NCBI GenBank assembly: GCA_002011035.2
Contig: MTLY02000003.1
Location: 96,001 to 160,000 of the forward strand
From: Candidatus Hecatella orcuttiae
GTDB taxonomy: Archaea; Thermoproteota; Bathyarchaeia; Hecatellales; Hecatellaceae
Direction of reading: 5' to 3'
DNA: 64,000 bases
The position numbers and the translations under genes were made by a program. The notes beneath the pieces were generated by a model, which saw only the letters and a program-made list of their open reading frames with translations, was not told where the DNA came from and ran no database searches. Of the stretch, positions 18,981 to 27,544 are shown one piece after another. Numbering within the stretch: position 1 is the stretch's first letter; every line of letters begins with the position of its first letter.

Positions 18981-19436
18981 TTGAAGGTTAAAATCTCCAT
19001 AAAAAGGTCCTACGGAGACATCGTCCTCGAAGGGGAAAGCTTCGACGACCTAGTTGAAAACCTCAAAGGGCTCCCTCAGTGGCTGGACATTGTCGACAGC
19101 CTAATCCTCCACACCGAAACCCCCTCCACCCGCAAAGAGCTGCTGAAAGGCCTGGTGGAATACACTCAAGAAGGCACCGTCATCTCCCTACCCCGGGAAC
19201 GGCTCAGCGACAAAGAAGCCATCTGTCTCCTCCTTTTCGCCAACGAACCCAACCCCCTCCAGCCCAAGGAAATCGCCCGGCTTCTAGCCAATTCCGGGAG
19301 GCTTTCCGCAGGCTTCGGAGCTAGGCTGAGTGAGCTCCGCTATGAGGGACTCATCCTCAAGGAAGCCGGCTCCTACAGGCTTACAGCCACCGGGAGAACC
19401 ATGGTGGAGGACATGGTTCAGAGGCTGCGGAGCTGA
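18981..19436 (+). CDS. Winged-helix protein A
   Basis: EAICLLLF...ARLSELRYEGLILKEAGSYRLTATG. Confidence 0.75.
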   Translation: MKVKISIKRSYGDIVLEGESFDDLVENLKGLPQWLDIVDSLILHTETPSTRKELLKGLVEYTQEGTVISLPRERLSDKEAICLLLFANEPNPLQPKEIARLLANSGRLSAGFGARLSELRYEGLILKEAGSYRLTATGRTMVEDMVQRLRS

Positions 19437-19441
19437 AGCCC

Positions 19442-19960
19442 ATGGCCGAGAAGCCAAGCCTCAAAGTCCATGTGGAGCTCGGTGAAGCCAAACTGGACTT
19501 GGAAGGCTCACCGGAGGAGGTGATCAAAGCTTTCCTGCAGCTGGTGGGCAGGGTTTACCCGGCTTACCGTCTGGTGGAGGGCTTGACGTTGACCGTGGAC
19601 TTGGAGGGGTTGATGAAAAACTTGGAGGGCATCCTAGCCTTCACAGCGGAAGGACCCGTGATCCTGATCCCAAAAGACCGGCTGGGAAGGTTGAGCATCC
19701 GAGAGCTCATCGCCCTCCATCTGACCAAAGCTTATGTGGGTAATCAGGTGGGCAGGTTGGAAAGGGTTTCCCTTTCCGTGGATGAGTTGCTCCAAGCCAT
19801 AGGGGGGAGGATAGGAGCCATGGCTGGAAGGCTGAGTGAAATGGTGGACGAAGGGCTGGTGGTGAGAATAGGGCGAGGCGAATATAAGATAACCACCTAT
19901 GGGCTCAAGCACTTCCAAGAAAACATTCTGCCCAAACTCAGACAGCTTAAAGAAGCCTAA
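19442..19960 (+). CDS. Winged-helix protein B
   Basis: ELIALHL...GRLSEMVDEGLVVRIGRGEYKITTYG. Confidence 0.75.
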   Translation: MAEKPSLKVHVELGEAKLDLEGSPEEVIKAFLQLVGRVYPAYRLVEGLTLTVDLEGLMKNLEGILAFTAEGPVILIPKDRLGRLSIRELIALHLTKAYVGNQVGRLERVSLSVDELLQAIGGRIGAMAGRLSEMVDEGLVVRIGRGEYKITTYGLKHFQENILPKLRQLKEA

Positions 19961-19978
19961 AAAAGGCGGAGCGCAGGC

Positions 19979-21055
19979 TTGCTGCTGGAAAACACAGCTG
20001 AAGCAACGGTTCCAACCCGATGGGCGGAGGTGAGCCTCCGCTCCTTGAAGGATATGGAAGAAAACTCGGGGGAAAGCTTGGAGCTGACCGTTGCGGATAC
20101 AGGGGAGGAGGAGTCGTCTCTCCTCAAAAACTGGACGACATCCTTCCACCTGCACAGCCCTTGGAATGATTTTCAGAGCAGAATCGTGAAACTTCACCCC
20201 CGTCCCCCCCGGGTTAAAGTGGCGGCTGTGGACTGTTCCTCCAGAAAAATTGGGAGAACGAAGAAAGGCTTGGTCTGCGCCTTCCGAGGCACGGTTGTTT
20301 GGAGAGACGACTTCGCCTACCGGTACCTTCGCTATGGGCCCTTCCTTTTCCACATCACCGAGCGTTTTCCTGAAACCTTCAGAGACTTTGCCTTCAGCTC
20401 CACAGTGTCTGCAAGCGCCTTTTCCTTTCTCAACCCCTCCGGCTGGCTGAGCAGGATCAGATACCTCCTAGAGATAGAGCTGCAGAGGATGGTCTGCGAG
20501 TCTTCTAGGGACTCCATCATCCTGTGGGACGGCGTCATGCCGGCGGCCGGTTTAGACCTTGACCCCGTTTCCCCGTATCTTTCCCATATCCTCAGGCTGG
20601 CTAGGAGCGGCAACAACAAGGTTATGGCCCTTGCCAAGGAGACAAGGCTCTTCTCCGAAAACGGAGGCCCCCTCCCAGAAGCCACGGAGCTACCCTCCCC
20701 TTGCTTGGTGGACGTAGATAAGTGCGTCGGAGAGGTTTCCCCGTCCTCCCAGAGGCTGGGATACACTTTCATCGCCAAGTTCGCCCCTGACAGCCCGGGT
20801 TTCAGGTTGGATGTGGACCGCTGTCTGCCCAAGGGGGAGATGGTGGAGGCGGTGGAGCGGCTTCTAGCCAGCGACCTCACCTTCCAAGGCTATCCGGAAA
20901 CCCTGAGAGCCGCCCACATCCTCTCAGCGTTGACCCCGGTGGATGTTCTGGGTCTTCAAAGGTCCCTGGCGGGGAGATACGGGTTCAAAATTGTAAGGTC
21001 TCCTCCTGTGAGAAGGATGCTCTTCGGACCCTACGGCGGGTGGGATGACAGCTAA
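19979..21055 (+). CDS. nurA: NurA-family nuclease
   Basis: VAAVDCSS, IILWDG, MALAKET, GYPETLRAAH. Confidence 0.82.
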   Translation: MLLENTAEATVPTRWAEVSLRSLKDMEENSGESLELTVADTGEEESSLLKNWTTSFHLHSPWNDFQSRIVKLHPRPPRVKVAAVDCSSRKIGRTKKGLVCAFRGTVVWRDDFAYRYLRYGPFLFHITERFPETFRDFAFSSTVSASAFSFLNPSGWLSRIRYLLEIELQRMVCESSRDSIILWDGVMPAAGLDLDPVSPYLSHILRLARSGNNKVMALAKETRLFSENGGPLPEATELPSPCLVDVDKCVGEVSPSSQRLGYTFIAKFAPDSPGFRLDVDRCLPKGEMVEAVERLLASDLTFQGYPETLRAAHILSALTPVDVLGLQRSLAGRYGFKIVRSPPVRRMLFGPYGGWDDS

Positions 21056-22503
21056 TGCGCCTCTTCAAGAAGGAGCATGACACCGTTCAAGTTCTGTGCT
21101 TCCCAGAGGAGACGGTGGAGAAAGGCGACTACCTAGTGGTGGAGGACCTAAAAGCCAAACGCAGCCTCCTCGTCCAAGTGGTGGACATCCAGTTCGCCAA
21201 CCTCCCTGGGATGATGGAAGACCTCGTGAGGGAGGATGTGGGCGACGCCTATCTTTTCGGAGAAGACTACGACCCCCTCCAGCTGAACTCTCAGATCACC
21301 CTCCTCAGAGACATCCGAATTCTCCTAGGCAAAATCCGCTGCTCCATCCAAGGCGGCTCCATAGACATGAACGTTTCATGGCTGCCCTCCCGGGTTCACT
21401 CCCAGATCTACAGGTTGAAACCCCACCAGCTATTCGAGCTGCTGAAGCTGGGTTTCAGGCGGCCTATCAAGATAGGGGACGACGGGGACGGCTTTGAACT
21501 GCGGATCGACGCTGACGCTTTGGATGGGAAGCTGTCCATCATCACCGGGCGGAAGGGCTCTGGGAAATCCCATCTTTCCAAGCTGCTGGTCTTGGGGCTA
21601 GTGGACCACGGGGCTCCGGTGCTGGTCTTTGACGTCAACGGGGAATACGTCAACTTGGGGGTTAATCCCAACGGGGAGAAAAACCGCTACCACGACAGGA
21701 TCATGGTGTTGAACCCTGCGAAAAACTTCAAAGTCACCCTCAGCTACATGGGCCTAGCAACCGCCTCCAGCCTCCTAGCCCACGTCCTAAGTTTGCCGGA
21801 AACCTCACTGAGGGAGTTTTCAAGGATCTGGAAAAACCTAGAGCGCAGCGACTCCCTCAGCCTCAAGAGCCTGAAAAACACCCTCCGATGCTGCGACCTC
21901 AACGAGCATGTTCGAGAGGCTCTCCTCTCGAGGGTCTACACACTGGAGCGCTCAGGCTTCGTCGTCGAGGAAGGGGAAGAAACCGTGAGGCTGGAGGATT
22001 TCTTCGCAAAAACATCGGGGACGGGAGGCGCGGCGGTCATCAACCTCAGCCGGTCTTTCCCCTTGGAGAGGAAGCTCGTCGTGGAGTTCACGCTGAGTAA
22101 ACTGGTGGAGCTTTTGAGGGTGAGGAGGGTTAAGGCGTGTTTCCTCTTCGCGGAGGAGGCTCACCTCTACCTTAGGGAGACCTACTGGGAGGACGCTGTC
22201 ACCCGGATGAGGCATCTGGGCCTCTTCACCACTTTCATAACCAACCGGCCGGACTCCATAGGCGAGGACATCTACAGGCAGGCGGACTCGATTTTTCTCT
22301 TCAACTTCAAGAACGAACACGACCTCAACGCCATATCCAAGGCAGCCAGAATCGACGGGGAGACCATGAAGGCCATAGCCCAGTCCCTGAAACCCCACCA
22401 CTGCATGACCATCGGGCAGGTTACGGGGGAGATTCCCTTCGTCATCAGGGTGAAGCCGCTGGACGTGAAGACCATGGGAGAAACAAGAACGTTCTTCTCC
22501 TAG
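21055..22503 (+). CDS. herA: HerA/FtsK-family ATPase (DUF87)
   Basis: N-terminal HAS-barrel-like region, Walker A GRKGSGKS, FDVNGEY, Walker B FAEEAH; TAATG coupling with nurA. Confidence 0.87.
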   Translation: MRLFKKEHDTVQVLCFPEETVEKGDYLVVEDLKAKRSLLVQVVDIQFANLPGMMEDLVREDVGDAYLFGEDYDPLQLNSQITLLRDIRILLGKIRCSIQGGSIDMNVSWLPSRVHSQIYRLKPHQLFELLKLGFRRPIKIGDDGDGFELRIDADALDGKLSIITGRKGSGKSHLSKLLVLGLVDHGAPVLVFDVNGEYVNLGVNPNGEKNRYHDRIMVLNPAKNFKVTLSYMGLATASSLLAHVLSLPETSLREFSRIWKNLERSDSLSLKSLKNTLRCCDLNEHVREALLSRVYTLERSGFVVEEGEETVRLEDFFAKTSGTGGAAVINLSRSFPLERKLVVEFTLSKLVELLRVRRVKACFLFAEEAHLYLRETYWEDAVTRMRHLGLFTTFITNRPDSIGEDIYRQADSIFLFNFKNEHDLNAISKAARIDGETMKAIAQSLKPHHCMTIGQVTGEIPFVIRVKPLDVKTMGETRTFFS

Positions 22504-22586
22504 TCCATCATTTAATCTATTCAATAGGGGAGAAAGCCAAAAAAAGAAAAGTGGAATTGATGTTTTATTGGAGTCTGAGATTGCCG

Positions 22587-22952
22587 TTAGAGTTGAGTTA
22601 GTGGCTTCTTAACTTGCTCCAACTCTTTGAATGTAACTATTTTCGGCATTACTCGAATTAGTGTAAGGGTTATGGTCCATGTGAGGACTATGACTACAGA
22701 CATGGTTGTGCCTATGGTAGCCATTTCATAGAGCATTACGGGTATGTTGATCGGGTTGGCCATAGCGGTTAGGAATGGAGGCCACGGAACCACTTCACCG
22801 TGCCAGACATGCTCAACCGCCAGCAGCATTACTCCGCCCCACAGCAGTGTATTCAGGAAAGTTAACTTCAACCTTGTAGCCAGTCTGCCAGATGCCTTCT
22901 GTATAATCGTTGTTATAATTGCTAGAACCATAGGGACTAGGAAGCATGCCAA
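22587..22952 (-). CDS. Small membrane protein (MACFLVP type)
   Basis: Three hydrophobic segments; LNTLLWGGVMLLAVEHVWHGE; AT-rich. Confidence 0.75.
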   Translation of the reverse strand: MACFLVPMVLAIITTIIQKASGRLATRLKLTFLNTLLWGGVMLLAVEHVWHGEVVPWPPFLTAMANPINIPVMLYEMATIGTTMSVVIVLTWTITLTLIRVMPKIVTFKELEQVKKPLTQL

Positions 22953-23029
22953 CGTCGATTCCTCCAGTATTACTAACGAAAAATATAATAATACTTTTTA
23001 GCCTTATAAGTTTATCGGAGGGTGAGGTT

Positions 23030-23356
23030 ATGTGGCTTGTAATTCTAGCGTTTGCGGCAACAATCGTCACAGCCTTATGGTATTCTAAGGCCGAAAACGA
23101 TGTATACATGCTTAAGTTCCTCAGTCTAATATTTTGGGGTACAACAATAATGGTCTTAGTCGACCACGTAGGGGGCTACCTCATGGAGGGGGGAGAGTTC
23201 CTTGAACTAACAACAGAAGCCACGGTTCTTGGCATAGTCCTAGTGATCACGGCTCTTATAGTATGGGAGGTGGCTCTAGTGCTCAAAGATCCAAAAGGTG
23301 TACTACATAAAAGAGAAGACGGCATAAAAACATTAAGCTCCCATTCTGACCGGTAA
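23030..23356 (+). CDS. Small membrane protein (MWLVIL type), probable distant paralog of the divergent neighbour
   Basis: ATG after GGAGGGTGAGG; three TM helices; LSLIFWGTTIMVLVDH. Confidence 0.75.
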   Translation: MWLVILAFAATIVTALWYSKAENDVYMLKFLSLIFWGTTIMVLVDHVGGYLMEGGEFLELTTEATVLGIVLVITALIVWEVALVLKDPKGVLHKREDGIKTLSSHSDR

Positions 23357-23441
23357 GAGATAATCATTTTGATCAGGCAAACCGAGTCGAACATTACATC
23401 TAATAGGCATCAAAATCCAAATAAGAGCGAAAAAGTCTATC

Positions 23442-23516
23442 CTAACTATAAAATTTCCCGCGCTTACCAACTCTGAGCACAACCACTCCCTCAGCTTCGA
23501 AATTAACCTTAAACAT
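23442..23516 (-). pseudogene. Internally deleted RelE/ParE-type toxin remnant
   Basis: MFKVNFEAEGVVVLRVGKRGKFYS*: RelE-like first residues joined to a RelE-like C-terminal strand; ATG overlaps the antitoxin 3' end. Confidence 0.6.
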
Positions 23517-23706
23517 TATCCAGCAACTCTCGGAGAGGTATGAATTTGCTCTTCCTTCCCTCTAAATACTCGTTCAGCCGTGTCCTCAGCTCGTCGAGCT
23601 CCTTCTTGGAGAGAATTTCGTTTTCCTCAAACAGAATTAAATAGAGAGCTCTTGAGAGAATGTCAACCTTTCTTTCTAGTTCTGAGACTTTAGCCTCAAC
23701 GGCCAT
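23509..23706 (-). CDS. Putative type II antitoxin (RelB-like)
   Basis: 65 aa, charged, ends in KFIPLRELL, lies directly upstream of the RelE remnant. Confidence 0.6.
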   Translation of the reverse strand: MAVEAKVSELERKVDILSRALYLILFEENEILSKKELDELRTRLNEYLEGRKSKFIPLRELLDNV

Positions 23707-23728
23707 TAAGCCCTTACGGGGGAAGGAA

Positions 23729-23785
23729 TAAGCATATCCACTAAAAACTTTTTTTATTTCCTTTAAAATCAGTAAGCATATCCAC
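23729..23785. repeat. 13-bp direct repeat TAAGCATATCCAC (23729-23741 and 23773-23785)
   Basis: Exact copies in the antitoxin/mre11 divergent intergenic region. Confidence 0.8.
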
Positions 23786-23850
23786 AATAGAACCGGTCAT
23801 TAGAAAGCTCTAAAACTTTTGGCGGTAAACATTAAGAAGAGAGGGAAGAA

Positions 23851-25083
23851 TTGAAGTCCCTGAGCTTTGTTCACCTAGCCGACCTTCACCTAGGCTACAC
23901 CCAATATAATCTGCCTGAGCGCAGGGAAGACTTCAGCCGGGTCTTCGTGGAGGCGGTGGACAGAACCTTAGAGCTCAAACCTGACTTCGCCATCCTAGCC
24001 GGTGATATCTTCGACAGCCCCCGACCCAGCAACCAAACCTTAGCCACCGCCGTCCGGGAGCTGAGGCGGCTCAGGGAAGCGGGGGTCAAGGTCTTTGCCA
24101 CCGACGGCTCCCACGACATGGAGCCCAACGTCATGACGGGAACGGTGCTCACCCCCCTGCACAACGCAGGGCTCATCTGCTATCTGCCAAGGCTGGAGGG
24201 AAGCGCCTTCAGGGGAGAGGACTACTACATCTACGGGCTTCCCGGCTCCCGCAGCCTGATGGAGGCTGATGGAAAGTTTCCCTCCTACCTGAAGGATAAA
24301 CCCCCGAAGCCGGAGCCCTCTGCCTTCAACATCCTAGTCTTCCACGGAGCCTTAGACGATCCCCGGTATTCGCCCCCCTACTTTAAGCCGGACATTCGGG
24401 TGGACCATCTTCCCTCAGGATTCCAGTACTATGCCGGAGGCCACATCCACGAGCCTAAACGCCTTGAATTTAAGGGAGGCCTCCTCGCCTATCCCGGTTG
24501 CTTGGAAACCACAGACTACTCGGAGGCCGCTGTGGAGAAGGGCTTCTACCATGTGAGGGTCGAGGCTCCCGATGCCGTTCCTCGGGTTGAGAGAATCAGC
24601 GTCGAAAAGGCGAGGAGGTTCATCGTGGAGGAGCGTGACTACAGCGGCATGACCCCTAAGGCTGTCTTCCAAGAGTCTTCAAACCTCCTCGCAAGCCTAG
24701 ACAGCGAAGGGGCGGTGGTGGTCTTCCTGCTGAAGGGGCAGCTTCCCCCCGGCTACAGAAAAAGTGAGGTGGACGTCCACGGCATCAGGTCTTCAGCCCC
24801 CAAAGCCCTTCACACCATGGTCCTGAACCAGATGACGGAGGCGGAGCTGGCGGAAGAAGATGTCTTCCGGCTTAAAGAAGCTAGAGAGCTGAAAACCTTG
24901 GCTTACCGTTATCTCTTCGAGTATTTCAGACACCGTTATCCTGGAGGCGTCGACGTGAAGATGGCCAAGATAGCCTTGGAGCTGCTGGACCCCCTCATCC
25001 AAGGGGAGGAGGGGAAGGTGAAAACCCTGCTGGAGGAGGCGGTGGAAGGTTTTCCTGCAAAAGATGAGGGTTCAAAACCTTAG
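23851..25083 (+). CDS. mre11: Mre11 nuclease
   Basis: HLADLHLG, AGDIFD, GSHD, FHG, GGHIH, YPG; upstream of rad50. Confidence 0.95.
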   Translation: MKSLSFVHLADLHLGYTQYNLPERREDFSRVFVEAVDRTLELKPDFAILAGDIFDSPRPSNQTLATAVRELRRLREAGVKVFATDGSHDMEPNVMTGTVLTPLHNAGLICYLPRLEGSAFRGEDYYIYGLPGSRSLMEADGKFPSYLKDKPPKPEPSAFNILVFHGALDDPRYSPPYFKPDIRVDHLPSGFQYYAGGHIHEPKRLEFKGGLLAYPGCLETTDYSEAAVEKGFYHVRVEAPDAVPRVERISVEKARRFIVEERDYSGMTPKAVFQESSNLLASLDSEGAVVVFLLKGQLPPGYRKSEVDVHGIRSSAPKALHTMVLNQMTEAELAEEDVFRLKEARELKTLAYRYLFEYFRHRYPGGVDVKMAKIALELLDPLIQGEEGKVKTLLEEAVEGFPAKDEGSKP

Positions 25084-27133
25084 ATCCCACCTAGACTCCC
25101 AAGCGACCTTTGGGGAGGGCTTCAACTGCATAGTGGGCGGAGTCGGCTGCGGGAAAACCTCCCTCCTCATGGCGCTCCACTTCGCCCTCTTCGGCGAGCC
25201 TCTCCACCGAAGCTACGACTACCTTTTAAGAGAGGACAAAACCTGGGGCCAAGTTGGAGTTCAGTTCGAGCACGAGGGTAAAAAATACTCCATCTTCCGA
25301 GGCTTGAAGAGGGAGAGAGACCGAATCCTCCAAGACTTCGACAAGCTGGTGCTCTTGGAGGAGGGGAAGAAAATCGCTTGGGGAAAACATGCAGCCGTCC
25401 AAGAGCAGCTCACCGCCATCACAGGCATCAGCAAAAACATGTTCGAGGAATTCGTGTGGATCCAGCAGGAGAAGCTGAAAGAAATCCTCAATATGCGCCC
25501 TGGGGATAGGCAGAAGACTCTGGACGAGTTCTTCGGGCTTTCAAGCTTTCAGAAGGCTTGGGAGAATCTTTTCCCCTACCAGAAAGAGTACGAAGGCGTT
25601 CGAAGGAACTTAGAAAGCGACCCTGACCTCCGCCACCTAGCCGACCTGAAAAAACAGTACGAAGACACCCTCTCCGAAACTATCAAACTCCAAGTGGAGC
25701 TAGAAACCTCTAAAGTCGAACTGGCCGAAGCGGAGAAGAGGCTTCTGGAAGCTGAACGCCAGCTGAGAGACCTCGAAGACTTGGAAAAAAGAGTGAACAA
25801 GCTGAAGGAGGAAAGATCCGGGCTTCAGGCACAGATAGCCGAAACGGAGGCAGCCATCCGGAGGCTTGAAGAGGAACACAGTCGCGTCGAAGAAGCCTCA
25901 GCTAAAAGCGGGGAAAAACTTCAACAGCTGAGAGTCCAGGAAGGGGGAGTTCTCACCGCTTCCAGCTCCCTGCTGGGGATGACGGTGAACTCTGGAGATG
26001 AGCTGCCTACCATCATAGAAAAACTGGAGAGCGATGTCGGAGAGCTGAGAAACACGCTAGCTCAGACAAGGGCCGCTGTGGAGGAAAGCCGTCAGGCCCG
26101 TGAGAGAATCGAGGCCGAAAAAATCTGTCCCACCTGCCGTAGAAAAATCGGCAAAACCCACAAGGAAAGGCTGAGCTTCCAGCTGAGAGAAGAGGAAGAA
26201 CAAAACCTACGAAAGATGAGGGAACTCACCGGAAAGTTGGAGGAGGCGGGGCGAAAACTCCAAACCCTCACCGCGGCCAAGAATAAACTTGAAATCTTGA
26301 GGGTGGAGATCGCCAACGCTGAGGCTGAGCTCTCTGAAAAACAGCAAACCTCCACCCAGCTGAAAAGAGAAATAGCTGAGAAAGAGAAAAGCCGCGAAAA
26401 ACTAGCCCAACGCCTGCGGGAAGTCGACGCCCAGATAGGAGAATTCCGGGTTGAAGTCTTGGAGTCGGCTAGGAAGCTCAGAGAGGAAAGCCGCCTGAGA
26501 CGGGAAAGGCTTCTGCAGTCCATCCAGTTTCAGGAGAAAATGATCCAAGAAAAAAACTCCAGCCTAAGCTTGCTGGAGGAGAGGATCAAGAACGCTGAAC
26601 AGAAACAAGCTCAAAAGAGGAAGGCTGAAAACCTAGCCGCCGCCGTTGAGGAGCTGAGACACGCCTACCGGGAGGTAGTCCCCCTTCTCCGGAGGCTGTA
26701 CGTGGAAAGCCTGAGACATGCTATGCAGTCGGTGATGGACAGCCTTACCGTGGAGGCGGCTAGAAGCCTCAGCATCGAAATCGACGAAGAATACACTCCC
26801 TTCCTCGTGGAGGCTTCAGGCTTCCGGCGAGGCGTTCACCACCTTTCCGGGGGAGAGCGAACTTGGCTGTCTCTAGCCTACAGGGTGGGCCTAGGCCAAC
26901 TCATCACCGAAGCCCGGACAGGGCAAAGCTTGGAGCTGCTCATCCTCGACGAGCCCACCGAGGCGCTGGGGGAGGAGGACCGAAGCATCGAAGCCTTGGC
27001 GGAGGCTATATCCAACCTGAAAAACGTCAGGCAGATCATCGTCGTAACCCACTCAGAACGTCTCGCCCAAGCAGCCTCGACGAGAATTTTAGTAGAGAAA
27101 AGAGACGGCGTAAGCCGGGTGGAAAAAGTCTAG
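25049..27133 (+). CDS. rad50: Rad50 ATPase (short coiled coil); start is GTT 25049 or ATG 25064
   Basis: NLRSH, Walker A GGVGCGKTS, Q-loop IQQ, zinc hook CPTC, LSGGE, LILDEPT, VVTH. Confidence 0.95.
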   Translation, partial: VFLQKMRVQNLRSHLDSQATFGEGFNCIVGGVGCGKTSLLMALHFALFGEPLHRSYDYLLREDKTWGQVGVQFEHEGKKYSIFRGLKRERDRILQDFDKLVLLEEGKKIAWGKHAAVQEQLTAITGISKNMFEEFVWIQQEKLKEILNMRPGDRQKTLDEFFGLSSFQKAWENLFPYQKEYEGVRRNLESDPDLRHLADLKKQYEDTLSETIKLQVELETSKVELAEAEKRLLEAERQLRDLEDLEKRVNKLKEERSGLQAQIAETEAAIRRLEEEHSRVEEASAKSGEKLQQLRVQEGGVLTASSSLLGMTVNSGDELPTIIEKLESDVGELRNTLAQTRAAVEESRQARERIEAEKICPTCRRKIGKTHKERLSFQLREEEEQNLRKMRELTGKLEEAGRKLQTLTAAKNKLEILRVEIANAEAELSEKQQTSTQLKREIAEKEKSREKLAQRLREVDAQIGEFRVEVLESARKLREESRLRRERLLQSIQFQEKMIQEKNSSLSLLEERIKNAEQKQAQKRKAENLAAAVEELRHAYREVVPLLRRLYVESLRHAMQSVMDSLTVEAARSLSIEIDEEYTPFLVEASGFRRGVHHLSGGERTWLSLAYRVGLGQLITEARTGQSLELLILDEPTEALGEEDRSIEALAEAISNLKNVRQIIVVTHSERLAQAASTRILVEKRDGVSRVEKV

Positions 27134-27148
27134 GAGACGGCCTTTTTT

Positions 27149-27433
27149 TCAGCCTTCTTTCTTCTCCTCGGTTTGAGCTGAAGTGGAGGCACTCGGTGTC
27201 TCGGAGGCTGGAGGCGTTTCGATGGTGGGCGGTGCAGGGGCAGGCGTGGTGAGGAGGGTGTAGCCTATCCACGCTAGGATGAGACATAGAGCGCCGACCA
27301 GGATGACCATGACCACGGTGACGGCCAGCCACCAAGTCCAAGGCCCCGCTGCTAGGGCGTAGAGGTAGACCGCTAATGCCAAAAGACTTCCAACTAGGAG
27401 AATACCGCCTAAAGCCCTATCACTCAAAGCCAA
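27149..27433 (-). CDS. Small two-TM membrane protein (DPM2-like pattern)
   Basis: SDRALGGILLVGS...LAWIGYTLLTTPAP; Pro-rich and acidic tail. Confidence 0.7.
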   Translation of the reverse strand: MALSDRALGGILLVGSLLALAVYLYALAAGPWTWWLAVTVVMVILVGALCLILAWIGYTLLTTPAPAPPTIETPPASETPSASTSAQTEEKKEG

Positions 27434-27544
27434 TGTGATACAGCCTCAAACAAAATCTCATGTTCGGAAACAATATATAACCTTTACCTTCAATTGCGAC
27501 CATCATCGACTCCTATGCGCTAATAGGCCCCCGGATGATCTAAT

